Below are positions 1 through 12,766 of a stretch of 64,000 nucleotides of DNA, piece by piece (position 1 is the first letter of the stretch; every line of letters begins with the position of its first letter). Position numbers and translations under genes: made by a program. The stretch is from the human T2T-CHM13v2.0 reference genome, Homo sapiens. The stretch lies in the NCBI RefSeq assembly GCF_009914755.1, contig NC_060939.1. One strand, 5' to 3'. The notes below the pieces were generated by a model that saw nothing but the letters and a program-made list of their open reading frames with translations, made no database searches and had not been told where the DNA came from.

Positions 1-180
1 TAATGGGATTGCTGGGTCGAATGGTATTTATGTCTTTAGGTCTTTGAGGAATCACCACACTGTCTTCCACAATGGCTGAACTAATTTACAGTCCTACCAA
101 CAGTGTGTAAGTGTTCCTTTTTCTTCACAACCTTGCCAGCATCTGTTATTTTTTGACTTTTTAATAATAGCCACTCTGAG
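1..180 (-). mobile_element. L1P (older L1PA/L1PB-type) distal ORF2 segment, antisense; continues beyond window start
   Basis: Matches the L1 antisense text taatgggattgctgggtcgaatggt...gaggaatcaccacactgtcttccacaatggctgaactaatttaca...ttgactttttaataatagcc. Confidence 0.9.
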
Positions 181-440
181 TCATATGCAGAAGGTTGAAA
201 CTAAACCCCTTTCTTACAGCATATACAAAATTAACTCAAGACAGATTAAAGACTTAAACATAAAACCCCAAACAATAACAACTCTGGAAGACAACCTAGG
301 CCATACCATTCAGGATGTAGGCATGGGCAAAGATTTCATGACTAAGATGCCAAAAGCAATGTCAACAAAAGCAAAAACTGACAAATGGGATCTAAATAAA
401 CTAAGGAGCTTCTGCACAGAAAAAGAAACTATCAACAGAG
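181..440 (+). mobile_element. Inverted 5' segment of the same L1 (ORF2 fragment)
   Basis: ORF 185-490 translates as L1 ORF2p ([57 protein letters not shown]); it directly abuts the antisense L1 segment. Confidence 0.9.
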
Positions 441-2245
441 CATTTTATATATTGTTAGATATTGCTAAATTACCCTCCAAGTCACATTGATCAGTGTAGG
501 AGTAGATTCATTTCTTGCAGCCTCCTGAGCAATGTTCAATGACCATCTTATAGATGAAAACTGTATTACATATCTTATTTAAATGTTTTTAAAGTGAGGT
601 TGCATATTTTTGGTCTGCTTACTGATATGTGTATTTCTTAAGATGCTACCTTAAGATCAGTTAGAAATGAAAAGGTTTATTATTAGCACATCCTAAATAC
701 ACACAGGTTTGCACAGACAATGGTAAAGCCCTTTTAGGGAAAAAAACATGTTTTAATCACAGGTCCCAGAATTTTAGAGATGTTCATCTGTCATTAAAGG
801 CTTCATATTCTATTTACAAACCACCCTCAATCTAAGTTGTTCTGGAATGATCTTTAGTAGGGAGCACTTTATTACCTTGGTTCAATTTGTTCTCTATATG
901 GAATAAATTAGCTTTCACCTTATGTCATTCTGTAAATCACACACCCCTCCCAATGGCCCATCTTAGCAGGAGTTAATGTACCACAGGTGGACATTCTAGA
1001 ACCTCTACTTATCTGTTTGTGTGCCGTGATGCCAGGATGGAGACCAAAAGGCTAAATGAAGCCCTCACACTGTGCAGCAGTTACTCCATCAGCTCACAGC
1101 TCTGTCCCTCCCAACTGATATATTCCAATCTTTCTGATTTTCTGTGTATCCATCTTTTCAGTCTCATTGGAACTAGCATTTGTAGCCTGTGGGTTTGTGA
1201 TGTGCTGGGTCCTGAAGCAAAACAGATGTGTTTCTGAAATGTGTCTTAATCCATCCAGATTTTAAAGACAAAGCCATTCATCTTTTATCTGGTACAAAAG
1301 GGATTTCTAGGTTCTTCCTGAGGTAATGAGTTTGAGTCTAGTGATGTGGTGATAGGAGATGCAGGCAGATTCTTCCATGTCTGTCATCACCTTCCCAGAT
1401 CCATGCTTTAGGGAGAATGCAGGAGCACAGGAACTCAGCCCTATTTCTGCTCCAGGCTCTACCCCATTGCCAGGGGCCAGAGGCTGGGCAGGAAGGCTCC
1501 CTGTACTCTTTTTACTGTTATCTATATTTTTCAGACTGACATTAAGGATGACAGCCTTCTCCCACCTCCAAAGAATAGATACCTTTGAAGCCATATTCTG
1601 GGAGAAAAAGTTGTTAAGAGAGGAAACCAAACTCTCTGTGACCAAACCTTTTTGTTTTTTGTTGCTTATAAAAGGAGTAGCTATTTATTTAGTAAATGCA
1701 TTTTCTGAACCAAAAATCAAGGACCCTTGATTAGATGAGGGACATTAATTGCTAAATTAATGGACCAGAATATTGCAATTTTCACATACAAAATTTCCTT
1801 GGTACAGAATAACCAGTCAATTTATCTTTCCTTGCTCCCGCCCTTTCTTCAGTCCTTCTAAAAACAAGGCACTGTTTATAAGACGCTGTCCTATTTTCTC
1901 CTCCTTGACAACTCTTTTCTTTTAAAATCACTTTGTTCTGTAAATTTGTTACCCTTCTATCTAAATCTGTTAAAAACAGAGACAAACGCATGTAGAGACT
2001 GTGTCTCTATGTTATATAGATAATATGTGTATGATTATATTATGTGGTCTCAATCTGGCCCTGGGTGGTGTCAGATCCATGGTTTTTCTGGCTCAATCTC
2101 CATTCTTGCTGTGTTAGCCAAGGACTCTGACCAATGATGAGGCACCAGGTACGTTTTTATGTCTGCTTCAAGGAGCTTCATTTTCAGTAAACTTGCTTAG
2201 GGACACACAAGAGTAACCTGGGGCAGGAATCAAGGCTTTCTTTCT

Positions 2246-2557
2246 TTTTCTTTTTCTTTTTTTTTTTTTTTTTTCGAGACAGAGTCTTACTCTGTCGCCC
2301 AGGCTGGAGTGCAGTGGCATGATCTTGACTCACTGCAACTTTTGCCTCCCGGATTCAAGCAATTCTCTTGCCTTAGCTTGCTGAGTTGCTAGGATTACAG
2401 ACACCCACCACCACACCCGGCTAATTTTTGTATTTTTAGTAGAGACGGGGTTTCACCATATTGGCCAGGCTTGTCTTGAACTTCTGATCTCAGGTGATCC
2501 ACCCACCTTGGCCTCCCAAAGTGCTGGGAGTACAGGCGTAAGCCACTGCGCCTGGCC
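2246..2557 (-). mobile_element. AluS (Sx-like) with 16-bp TSD
   Basis: Poly-T, then gagacagagtcttactctgtcgcccaggctggagtgcagtgg...gcgcctggcc; TSD tcaaggctttctttct (2230-2245) / tcaaggctgtctttct (2558-2573). Confidence 0.97.
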
Positions 2558-3079
2558 TCAAGGCTGTCTTTCTAACTGTCAATCATGTCTAGGTCTGAAG
2601 AGTGAGGGGAGAGATGCCCCTTTATCTCACCTACAAACACTTGTCCAGGTTAAACTCTGAATGTCAGAACACTGAACATGTGAATCACAAGTCTGTCTCC
2701 CTTGCTTAGATGCAGGTCTCCCTCTATCCCAGTGTCTTGTCAGGTTCCACTTGCTCTCTAGAGCTAGGCATCAGTGACTTGAGAGTAGGGCCACTGTACT
2801 TCCATACCTCCTATGTCCTAAGCATGTTGAGAATCTTAGTCATCATATGCTGTGACAATTGTTCCACAGAAAAGAAACCTAAATCAGGAAACTTGAGTCA
2901 AAGACTTGGCTTCAACCAAACAACAGCATCCATCATACTAAATTAGAATGGTTAATTCAAATTTTATTAGTAGAAGAGCTCTAACTATAATATATTTTAT
3001 GTTTGTGCAGATTTAAACACTATTATTTTAAAATTATCAACAAATTTAAGGGAATATTCATATTTAAAAGGGATTCGTG

Positions 3080-3270
3080 CTTACTCCAAGTTTGTGGAAG
3101 CATAGCCTTAATTAGTACTTGTGTTTGTCTTTTCATGCAGATATATCTTGCTTGCCCAGCTAGATTATAAAATTCTTGAGGGCAGGTGCCATGAGCAACT
3201 TGATTTTTGGAACTCAAGGGTACCAAGGAATTTAAGCAACAATCAAACAATATTGATTGATTAATGGTTC
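3080..3270 (+). mobile_element. L2 3' end relic
   Basis: ctagattataaaattcttgagggcagg, ending in a tattgattgattaatg tail. Confidence 0.55.
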
Positions 3271-5199
3271 TGTCACCAGGTAGGTTCTGATGTCTGGGTT
3301 TTGTTTATTTTCCTCTGGATTTTTTAAGGATTGAGAGTTGTGCATGGTTGGGGTTCTTGGCAAGAAGAGAGTACACATGTCAACTCTTTTGTGTCTGTCC
3401 ATGAGTCCAAAGGGCTCCTGATCCCATTAATCCCTGACAGAGATTCCTGCAGGGCTTTGATGTGTATACCCACCCCAAGTGAGTAAGTGCTCCTCGTGTC
3501 CTGAAAGCATCAGCCTGGCCTCTCCTCAGTGACATCTTCCACTCCGGTGTTCAATTGTGGCTGTGCAGCTTTATTGTTGCTTATGGCACTAATATCCCTG
3601 CATAAAGTGGTTTCTTTATTCCCATCCTTTTATCTTTTTGTGTTCCCTGTTCAGAGGCACTGACCTTTTAGCTTGCATGCATTGCCAGGCTCAAGAGAAA
3701 ACCCAATCTGTCCTTTACCTGGCAATTGTAGCTCATCCCCATTCCTCTCCCCTTATCCCTTCTCTCTCATATCCATCCTTTGCTTTCGATTTCATTTTCT
3801 TCCCCGTATCACATTTGGAGCCTTACTAACTGGAGAGAAGGAGGGGGTATATGATGTGGGACTTGAGATTTATCAGAAACCTTTCATTGCAAAATGATGG
3901 CATGGGAAATTGCATCATCCATATATATGTCTGAGAAAGACCAGATGGAGAAAATATTTCCACAATGTGACGGACTTTCATACTACTTTCATACTTGTGT
4001 CTGCTCTATGGAAAAGACCAAAAGGAAAAAGGAAAGGAGGGAGCAAAAAACAGGAAGGCAAATAAAAGTAGGGTGGATGACCTAATGTTTTTGGCTGCTG
4101 GTTCAACCCATCCCTGCTCAAAATTAAAATGAAAACACTCTACAGTATAGAATGGAAAGTGTGGAAATTCTATTCTATACTTCATTTGAAGTTTGAGTTA
4201 TTATTACAGCTGAGTAGCGGACAGACCAGGAACACCCAGAGTCCTGAGAAGGCAAGCTTTCTGTGTTAGGTTTAGAGTGGTGGGTGAAAAGCACAGCTAA
4301 AGTTAAAATGCCAGGAACAAGAAGTTGCCCATCTTCTTCAAGGAGCAATGGACACCACTGCCATTTCCTGAGTCTTTTCTGTTTTTCAGATATAACGTAC
4401 CGTTCATTTTAGGTTGACCTCAAAGTCCCCCTCTTCCAAGGATTCTTCCCTGATTGACAACCCTCTGTATACTTCTATGCTCACTTGCCGCTCTATCTTA
4501 CTTTTGTGAATGTGTTGAGTTCTTGTCCTGTGCCTCTGTTCCTTCATGTACTTTCCTGCCTGACTGCATGGTTGTTGAGAGTAGACAGTGAGTGCTTTCA
4601 TTTTAGTTCTTCCCAGCTATTCTTTCCTATTAGACAAGGCAGCCTTGCACTATTGTTACCTGACTTCTCTCTAGCACAGGACATCTTGCTTCACCCTTAA
4701 GAAGGAAGGATGAGGTAGTGTTGGGGAGGAGACTCTACCAGGGCAATCAGTCAGATTGTGCACAGCTGGATTTGTTTCCCCAAGAGCTGGTTCCTAAAAG
4801 ATATCCATTAAAGTGACAATGAAAAAAGATGGCTAGAGGCTGGAATTTCCCCATGCTGTTTAGCCAAGAGCCCAGATGGCTTGGATGCTCTTCTTTTGGT
4901 TCTCAGTTGAGGTTAGCAAATTCCCCAAGGGGCATGCAGAAATATAGTAGGGTCAATTATAGGTTGTCATACTGACCAGAGGGAAGAATGGGTAATATTA
5001 GCATTTGATGCCAGGAGCCAGGCCAAACAAATATCTTGAAATATGCAAAAACAGCTCACAGAAAAAGATAAGTCCCCATGAAATTCCAGTAGTGCCCCCG
5101 CCCCCACCAAAAAAAGAAAAAGACTACACAGCCATTTTCTCAGAAAAATTTCAGATTCCAAGTGAAGTTTGCTATGTAATCTTCAAATCCCTTTTCTAG

Positions 5200-5790
5200 A
5201 GTCCATTTATTCATGCATGAACTTTCTAAAGGAACTACCATGTGCTGGGGATTGGGGACTCATCAGTTCATAAGATAGACACAGGCCCTGCCTGTTGGCT
5301 CCTGACTAAGTAAGAGGTGAAGAAGAGGACAGAGATGCTGCCCTTCCATGCCATGGGTGTTTTAAGAAGGGAAGGGCAGAGTTGCCTGGGCAGGTGTGGA
5401 AAGAATTTAACCTAGAATAAGGGAACTGGGGAAGATTTCCCATAGTAGCTGATTCCTAAATGAAGATGAGGAGTTCTGAGGGTGAGAGAAGGAGGGTCTG
5501 GGGTGGAGCGTCTATAACCAGGACCCACTGTGTGAAGTAGAGGGTGCAGCATTTGTAAAACCTGGAGCATCATGGGAGTGAAGTTCAGTATGGCCGATCG
5601 AATTGTAGATTGAAGTCAAAAGTTGTTGAGAGGGAAAAAATAGACAGAGCTTGTCTTATAAATAATGGTAAGTAGCTTAGAGTTTGTCAATAGGATAATT
5701 GGAAGACACTTAAGGTTTTTAAGGAAGAATATTGACAGTTCAAATAGCTCCCTCTGGCTGTAGTTTGGTTGTGTTGACCAAATTTGAATC
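5200..5790 (-). mobile_element. L2 relic
   Basis: catttattcatgc...taccatgtgctggggattgggga...acaggccctgcc followed by a purine-rich L2 antisense body. Confidence 0.65.
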
Positions 5791-6289
5791 CAATAAACAT
5801 GTCTTTTTTTTTTTTTTCTCCCCATCCTCTACTCATTCCGCTTGTAACTAATTACTTACCTACAGATCCCCAGATCCCCAGAGACTGTCATATATTGGCT
5901 TTTGAAAATTGTTCATTAGGCTGAGAATTTACAACTAAAAACAGTATACGATTTTCTGAGTATTTATAAATTCCTATCATCTCTGAATGTCTAGACAAGT
6001 TTATTCATGATTAACATTAGATGCTGACTTCTGAAGATACATAGAAAAAGCGTGGTCCTTCTTGCTATTTCTAGCGGCAAGTGAGTAACCTTGATGTTGC
6101 TATTACTGCTGAATCTGAGCAGCCAGAGTGTGTCAAAGGTTTCTCTACATTCTCTCATTTTAACCTCACAGCACTGCTACAGGTAGGATGAGTGGGTAGC
6201 ACTGTATTCTACTTGTCACACTTGGGGAAATGGATCACTTTCTTAGCTATCAACTTTAATGTCCTCCTGTGAACTAGAGGAGTGACCTA

Positions 6290-6450
6290 ATTTTTACTGA
6301 GCAAATGCTAAAGTGAAAAGTACTTTCTGTTGCCATTTCTTTTGATCTTCTCAATGGCACTATTGGGAAGGATTTATTAACTCTGATTTTACAGAGGGAA
6401 AAACCAAGGCTCAGTGGGGTTAAGTGACTTGTCCAAGATTCACATAGCTC
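6290..6450 (-). mobile_element. MIR
   Basis: Core ttttacagagggaaaaaccaaggctcagtggggttaagtgacttgtccaagattcacatagct. Confidence 0.8.
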
Positions 6451-6929
6451 TGGAGTGTTCTTGGAAAACAGAAAAGAAAATGGATATGTTTAAATGACAA
6501 ATGGTCTTGTCTCTCCACCCTTTTTTGTCATTTTCTCCATTCCGGAAAGTTGTCTTGGCCACGTTCTTTTAGTTCCTAGGAATTTCCTTTCTTTCCTCCC
6601 GCTGGTCCTCTTTGCTGGCCCATTATGCCTCTCTAAGCGGATTTGTAGTTTCTAGCCTTGAACTATGAGTGCTCCTGCCGTGGCTGGCTCTTGATTCTTT
6701 AACCATAGTAGAACAAGAAAACCCAGATTCTCTGAATGATTCTGATTTTAAAATGTAAGACAAGTGATTCTAGATACATTTTATTCCACTTTGTAGAGTT
6801 TGTTGTGGCTCCATCTCTAACAAAGAGAATAGCAATTCCTCCTCTTTATTTAAAGCATGGAGGGGATCTCAAGACAATCAATTATCAGGGCCTTTGAAGT
6901 TCTTTTCATTTTACATATTTTTTCTGAGT

Positions 6930-7455
6930 CCAAGTCAATGATCCCCATGGCTTCCCAATTCTCCTATGGTAAAATCTGGAAACTATACTATAGCATTCAA
7001 AGCCCACCATGTCCACTCTCCTGTGCCTTCCCCTGCCACATGTGATACCATAAGACTATTTGTTTCTTGTGCTCCATCTCCAATGGCCTTCCTTTCATTT
7101 CCTAAACACTCCAAGCTCCTTCCTTCTACAAGGTCTTTGCATAGTTTCTGCCTGAAAACTTCTTAACAGCTTTCTGGTTCATAATCTACTCATTATCTTA
7201 ATTGATGGTGACTTCCTCAAGGAAGTATTTTCTAGCCCCTAGAGTAGTTTGGGCTATTATATGTGTTCCGTAGTACCATGTATCATACCATGCAAATTGT
7301 TATTTATATTGTAATTAATTGATTAATATCTATTTCATTCACTGGATGATAAACCTCATAATAATAGAGGCCAAGTCTGCTTTTGCAAACCATTGTGGTC
7401 TAAGTAACTGGGACTTAGGTGCTCGATAAGCATCTGTTGAAAGTTTGAATGAATG
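6930..7455 (+). mobile_element. L2 3' part
   Basis: aatggccttcctttcatttcctaaacactccaagctcc...aggtctttgcatag..., ending ctgttgaaagtttgaatgaatg. Confidence 0.75.
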
Positions 7456-7549
7456 CTCTGGATTATATTATGGGTGACTAAATTGCCATCTGAATTGTTC
7501 TGATCCAGGTGCCGAGGACTCACTTTTGTTAGAATTTAAACTGATACCT

Positions 7550-7877
<328 letters not shown>

Positions 7878-8126
7878 TCATGAGAGTAGAGAGCATGATT
7901 ATACTTGATATAGATTTCTTTGAATCAAAGGAGTTTAAATTGTATCTTCTTAATATGGATCTCTTCGTATTCCCATCAGTTCCGAACTCTGTATTTAATA
8001 CAAAATCTTGCAGGATTCATGTTTAGTTCAGAGATCCAAAATAATATGGGATTAATTTATGCTTTTTAAAGACAGTTGGCCAGTAGAAAGTAAATGTTAA
8101 CAGAGAAAGCATTTAGGGAATTAGAG

Positions 8127-8365
8127 TAGTATAGTGGTTATAAGTCCGAGTTCTAGCATGAGACTTTTTTAGATAAAATTCTGCTTAATAGGCATGTGAT
8201 TTGGTGCAAAATATTTAGTTGCCCTCTTAGTCTGTTTTCTCACTTGTATAATAGAAGTAATAACGGAAACTTCCTCATAAAGTTGAAAAGGCTTAAACAA
8301 GGTAAGCTAGGCAAAGTGCATAGCATAGTGCTGGGCATCAAGGAAGTGCCCCCAAATGTTCTTAT
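8127..8365 (+). mobile_element. MIR, near full length
   Basis: tagtatagtggttataag...tgttttctcacttgtataatagaagtaataac...gcatagtgctgggcatc. Confidence 0.75.
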
Positions 8366-10079
8366 ATAATTAAGAGATTAATACATTATCAAGTTATTTA
8401 AGAATTAATCAATGTTAATTGACTTGCTTTGGCTTTCCTCCCCAAATCACACAACTAGTTTCCCTTTGTAACATTTGGTGAGGTAGCCATTGTTAGAAAG
8501 TCATGATTTGAGATGACATCTAGACATTCATTGAGAATCTGGATACAGAATATGGAAGAACATTAAAATCTTTGACAGGAAACATGCAAGTAGATTGTTT
8601 TAAGGAAAGAAAACAAGATGATGACTCTACATTCTTCTCGATGATCTTCACGTGATTCTAATTCTCTTTGGCAACAATAGAAACATTTATTGTAATCATT
8701 TTTAAAAATCACAAACACTCCCACATTATTTCTGGTACTTATGGTAACCTTATCACCTTTCCTAGAGCAGAGTAAAGGCAGGCATTCTGACATTTGGAAA
8801 AATGAGGTGTGTGGTTATTTTTAGACTTACTGAAACAGCAGCAGCAGGCTTCCATTTATAGGAACTGTAGGAACCTTCCCCTATGTCTGGGACAAGGTAA
8901 TGACTTCTATGAAGTAATGATTTTGCCATCATAAATTTTATCCCACTGATGATCAACTACCTCTTTAGTGGCCTTTGCATTATGCTAGTTTGTCTTTTTA
9001 GTATTAAGAGAATGAGGCCCTGGTTGTTCTTTGCATTTTATCATTTCTTTCTTCCCGGGCTGGGAGAAAATGAGAAGCAGGGGCAGACTACCTCATGACT
9101 AAATTGTTCCTGGCTAATAAAACTGCAGGAACTGTACGTTAGGGTGTCTTCCATAAATCAGCCTTGGGGAGAATTAGGTGCTGAGAGATGGAGGAATGAT
9201 GTTTAATCATCACTTGTAGGAAATCATTAGCTCCACACCCGCATTCTCCTACTTGCCCATTCGTCATTCCCCAATCCCTAGATTCCCCTAGACCATTAAC
9301 ATTTCTCAATGACTTTCTAAATGCAGAGAAAAACCACAGAAGGGGTGAGGGATGGAGGTGCATTACGGAAAAACACAACAGAGAGATGTCTTTGCTGCTT
9401 GCTTCCTGCTCCTGTGAATGTAAATGGACCTATGTAAAAACCAAATGATCGATAACTTGGCCAGCCAGCTGCTGCCACAAGAGGTAAAGAAACTGTTGCC
9501 TCCTGTTTTCCCCTCTGCAAAAAGAAATAACTTGGTTCCCACCTAGATTTCTTTCCTTTGGCAGTGTGAAAGACAGCTCTTTCTTTTCTTCATTATCATA
9601 ACTTCCTGACAGATAAGGAAAGTGAGGACGTTGGCTGGTTCTTGGAGGAGTACCAACTTTGGGAAATTAATTGTGTCTTCCTAAACTGCCCTCTGTCCCA
9701 CCCTAGAGAGGAAAAGCCACAACTTAAGTTTCTGTAAGGTCTACAAAAAAGTGAAGTGGACAGTTCAGTAAAACTGAACTGGTTCATGGTCTAAATGCAT
9801 TGGTAAGCACCCTTAAAAGGGTTAATCCAATAGCGATGTGTAGACAGACAGATCTGTTCAGCAATTCATAGAGGGAAACAGTATTCTAGCCTTGCCTTCT
9901 CCAAGAATATACTTGTTGATGCTAATACATGTACACAAAGGGATTTTAGGAGCCTCTTCCTTAGACAAGTACCCCAGGTTTTTGCCTCTGATTACTTCCG
10001 GAATTAATTTTGATCATGGATCTTAGACACTCTTAGCTTTCATATACTGTTTTCCAGGCAAGACTAGAAGGTCAGGAAT

Positions 10080-10290
10080 ACAATAACAAGTTCATTGAGA
10101 ACTTACTGTATGCCAAGCACTGACTCTAACAAGAAACCTGACATATACAAAAAATGGCTAATTTGCACCACTGCACTCCAAAGTAAGGATTTAATTTTAC
10201 TGGTGAAAAACCTAGTGCTAGTGATTGTGTTTCTGAATTCATGCAGCTGAGACAAGGCAGATCTAAGTTCTGTAGGTCCTGAAAGTTACT
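10080..10290 (-). mobile_element. MIR
   Basis: cattgagaacttactgtatgccaagcactg...ttttactggtgaaaaacctag. Confidence 0.6.
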
Positions 10291-10501
10291 TGAATAGCCT
10301 GTATGAAAAATGCGGGAATACAAATGTAGGTACAGGGATACAGAAAGGGCATGTGAAAGGGAGGGTCACTGTAGCTGAATCTTCATCAGCTCTGTGGTAA
10401 ATTTGCTTCCATTCAGTTAGAAGCAGAAGAAGCTGATCTGACTCTGGTCTCCCTGATATCTCAACTGCAATGAAATTTGGCATATAAAAAAGAGGAGTGT
10501 C

Positions 10502-10862
10502 TGTTCATAATCATTTGTGCACTTTTTAATGGGGTTGTTTCGTGTTTTAATTGTAAATTTGCTTAAGTTCCTTGTAGATTCTGGTTATTAGACCTTTGTC
10601 AAATGGATAGATTGCAATATTTCTCTCCCATTCTCTGTAGGTTGTGTTTTTGCTCTGATGATAGCTTTTTTTGCTGTGCAGAAGCGCTTTAGTTTAATAA
10701 CATCACATTTGTCAATTTTTGCTTTTGTTGCAATTGGTTTTGGCAATTTCATCATAAAATCTTTGCCCATGCCTATGTACTGAATGGTATTGCCTAGATT
10801 TTCTTCTAGGGTTTTTATAGTTTTGGGTTTTACGTTTAAGTCTTTAATCCATCTTGAGTTAA
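10502..10862 (-). mobile_element. Inverted 5' segment (ORF2) of a 5'-inverted L1PA
   Basis: ORF 10588-10881(-) is L1 ORF2p ([37 protein letters not shown]); fused to a sense L1 3' end at about 10861. Confidence 0.93.
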
Positions 10863-11245
10863 TGTGGCACATATACACCATGGAATACTATGCAGCCATA
10901 AAAAGGAATGAGATTATGTCATTTGCAGGGACATGGATGAAGCTGGAAGCCATTATCCTCAGCAAACTAACACAGGAACAGAAAACCAAACACTGCATAT
11001 TCTAACTTATAAGTGGGAGCTGAACAATGAGAACACATAGACACAAGGAGGGGAACATCACACAGTGGGGCCTGTTGGGGGAGGTTGGTGGGAGGAGAGC
11101 ATTAGGGAAAAGAGCTAATTCATGCTGGGCTTAATACCTAGGTGACAGGTTGACAGGTGCAGTAAACCACCATGGCACATGTTTACCTATGTAACAAACC
11201 TCCACATCCTGCACATGTACCCCAGAACTTAAAAAAATAAAAAAT
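10861..11245 (+). mobile_element. L1PA (about L1PA11-13) ORF2 end, 3'UTR and A-tail
   Basis: aatgtggcacatatacaccatggaatactatgcagcc ([17 protein letters not shown])...gcacatgtaccccagaacttaaaaaaataaaaaa; TSD aaaagaggagtgtc (10488-10501) / aaaagatgagcgtc (11262-11275). Confidence 0.93.
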
Positions 11246-11498
11246 ACCCCCTGCCCCCTGCAAAAGATGAGCGTCCTAACAAGTTGAATCCAAATGTGAA
11301 ATAGTAAAGAGTCATGTTAATATCCCAATAGACTTTGAGGCAGCAGTTTTGGAAAGCTTAAGAGAAGGTGAAAAATTAATCATGGAGTTTTCTTTGTGGC
11401 TCAGGAATTTATTACTCCTTACTATAAAGCTCTGAGGGAAGAAGCCCTGACTGGTAGGCTCTCAACCACTCTACAAAGGAGCCAATCCATGGAGAAGG

Positions 11499-11738
11499 CA
11501 TAGGAAATGGGGGTCAGAAGGACTGTATCCTAGCCCTGGTGCTAGTGCTGATAAACCCTGTGACTTTAGAGAAGTTACATTTGGTTTCTTTATCTCTGAA
11601 AACAGAGGGCTTTACTGTAGCTTCTGAATTCTTTGATTCCAACTCAAAGAATGCATTATTTTCTACCTATCCTTGGTGTTCCTCCTTGTGGAATATTTGT
11701 GGGATAGTTGAGTGTGTTGTAAAGAGGCCACCTCCAAG
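11499..11738 (+). repeat. Local direct duplication, copy 1 (~240 bp)
   Basis: Collinear with 12530-12766: cataggaaatgg..tcagaaggactgt.tcctagccctgg...ttggtgttcct.cttgtggaatattt...ttgtaaagag. Confidence 0.92.
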
Positions 11739-12529
11739 AGAAGTGTGGAAGTGAAGAGAGAAGAGAAAATATTGCTTTGCCTCGGGTGGGTAGAGACAGA
11801 AACAGAGAAGGGAAAACACCATAGCACTGTGCTAAAATAGAGTCCAATGTCTATCACACACAATTCAGGTTGCTTAATTTTGTGTAAATGAAAAGCTAGG
11901 TTGAATAGCAGAAGATGTGAGCAGTTGCTGATCACGTGATGTTTGGAGTTGCATTACTGTAAGTGCATTTTTGTTCCAAATCACACTCCTTTACCTAGTC
12001 TCCACTGACCACAAGGATGACAACAACAACAAAAACTATAACAATAATACTATAGATATGTATTGACTGTAAGATTTATGACTTATGCACATGGACACTC
12101 AGAAGATGGCTCATGTAGGCAATCTCTCAAATATTTTCCAATAGAGAAAATGTTTTAGATTATTTGTGGGTTCTCAGGATGTATCACTAAAGAACTATTT
12201 AACTCACAAAGTGGCTGAGAATATTGTATCCTCAATGAATTGCAGTAGAAAATGTTGATAATTTGTTCTCAACAAATTAGGAAAAAAATTACAAAAATTA
12301 TACTCACTTTAGTGAAAAAAACACATATTTAAAGATGATGGGGAGATAGATGATGGGGCAGATATTCTTTTATGAATATCTGGGAGAGCTATAGGACTTC
12401 AGAGATTGTGGTTCCCGATTGCTTGTCATTATTTGACTTTAAATCTAGGATGTTCCTTTTATGTTGAAGGAGTTGAATGCCTAACACAGCTCTCACCTTT
12501 ATTGGCCAAGATTATTGTCACTTGTCAAT

Positions 12530-12766
12530 CATAGGAAATGGGAATCAGAAGGACTGTGTCCTAGCCCTGGCACTGTTGCTGATGAACCTGTGACTTCAGA
12601 CAAGTTACAATTGGTTTCTTTAGCTGTGAAACCAGAGTTTTACTGTAGCTTTGGAATTCTTTGATTCTAACTCAAACAGTGCATGATTTTCCACCTATCT
12701 TTGGTGTTCCTTCTTGTGGAATATTTATGGAATAGTTGAGCTTATTGTAAAGAGACTGCATCCAAG
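12530..12766 (+). repeat. Local direct duplication, copy 2
   Basis: Collinear with 11499-11738; roughly 80-85% identical by eye. Confidence 0.92.

Noticed and set aside
185-490. 101-aa ORF
   Set aside because: Fragment of L1 ORF2p in an inverted, truncated L1; not a gene.
2130-2160. ATGATGA (box C-like) and CAG/GTACGT donor-like site
   Set aside because: No matching box D with terminal stem and no supported partner exon; such short motifs are expected by chance.
10588-11005. Overlapping 97-aa and 73-aa ORFs
   Set aside because: Chimeric reading across the L1 inversion junction.
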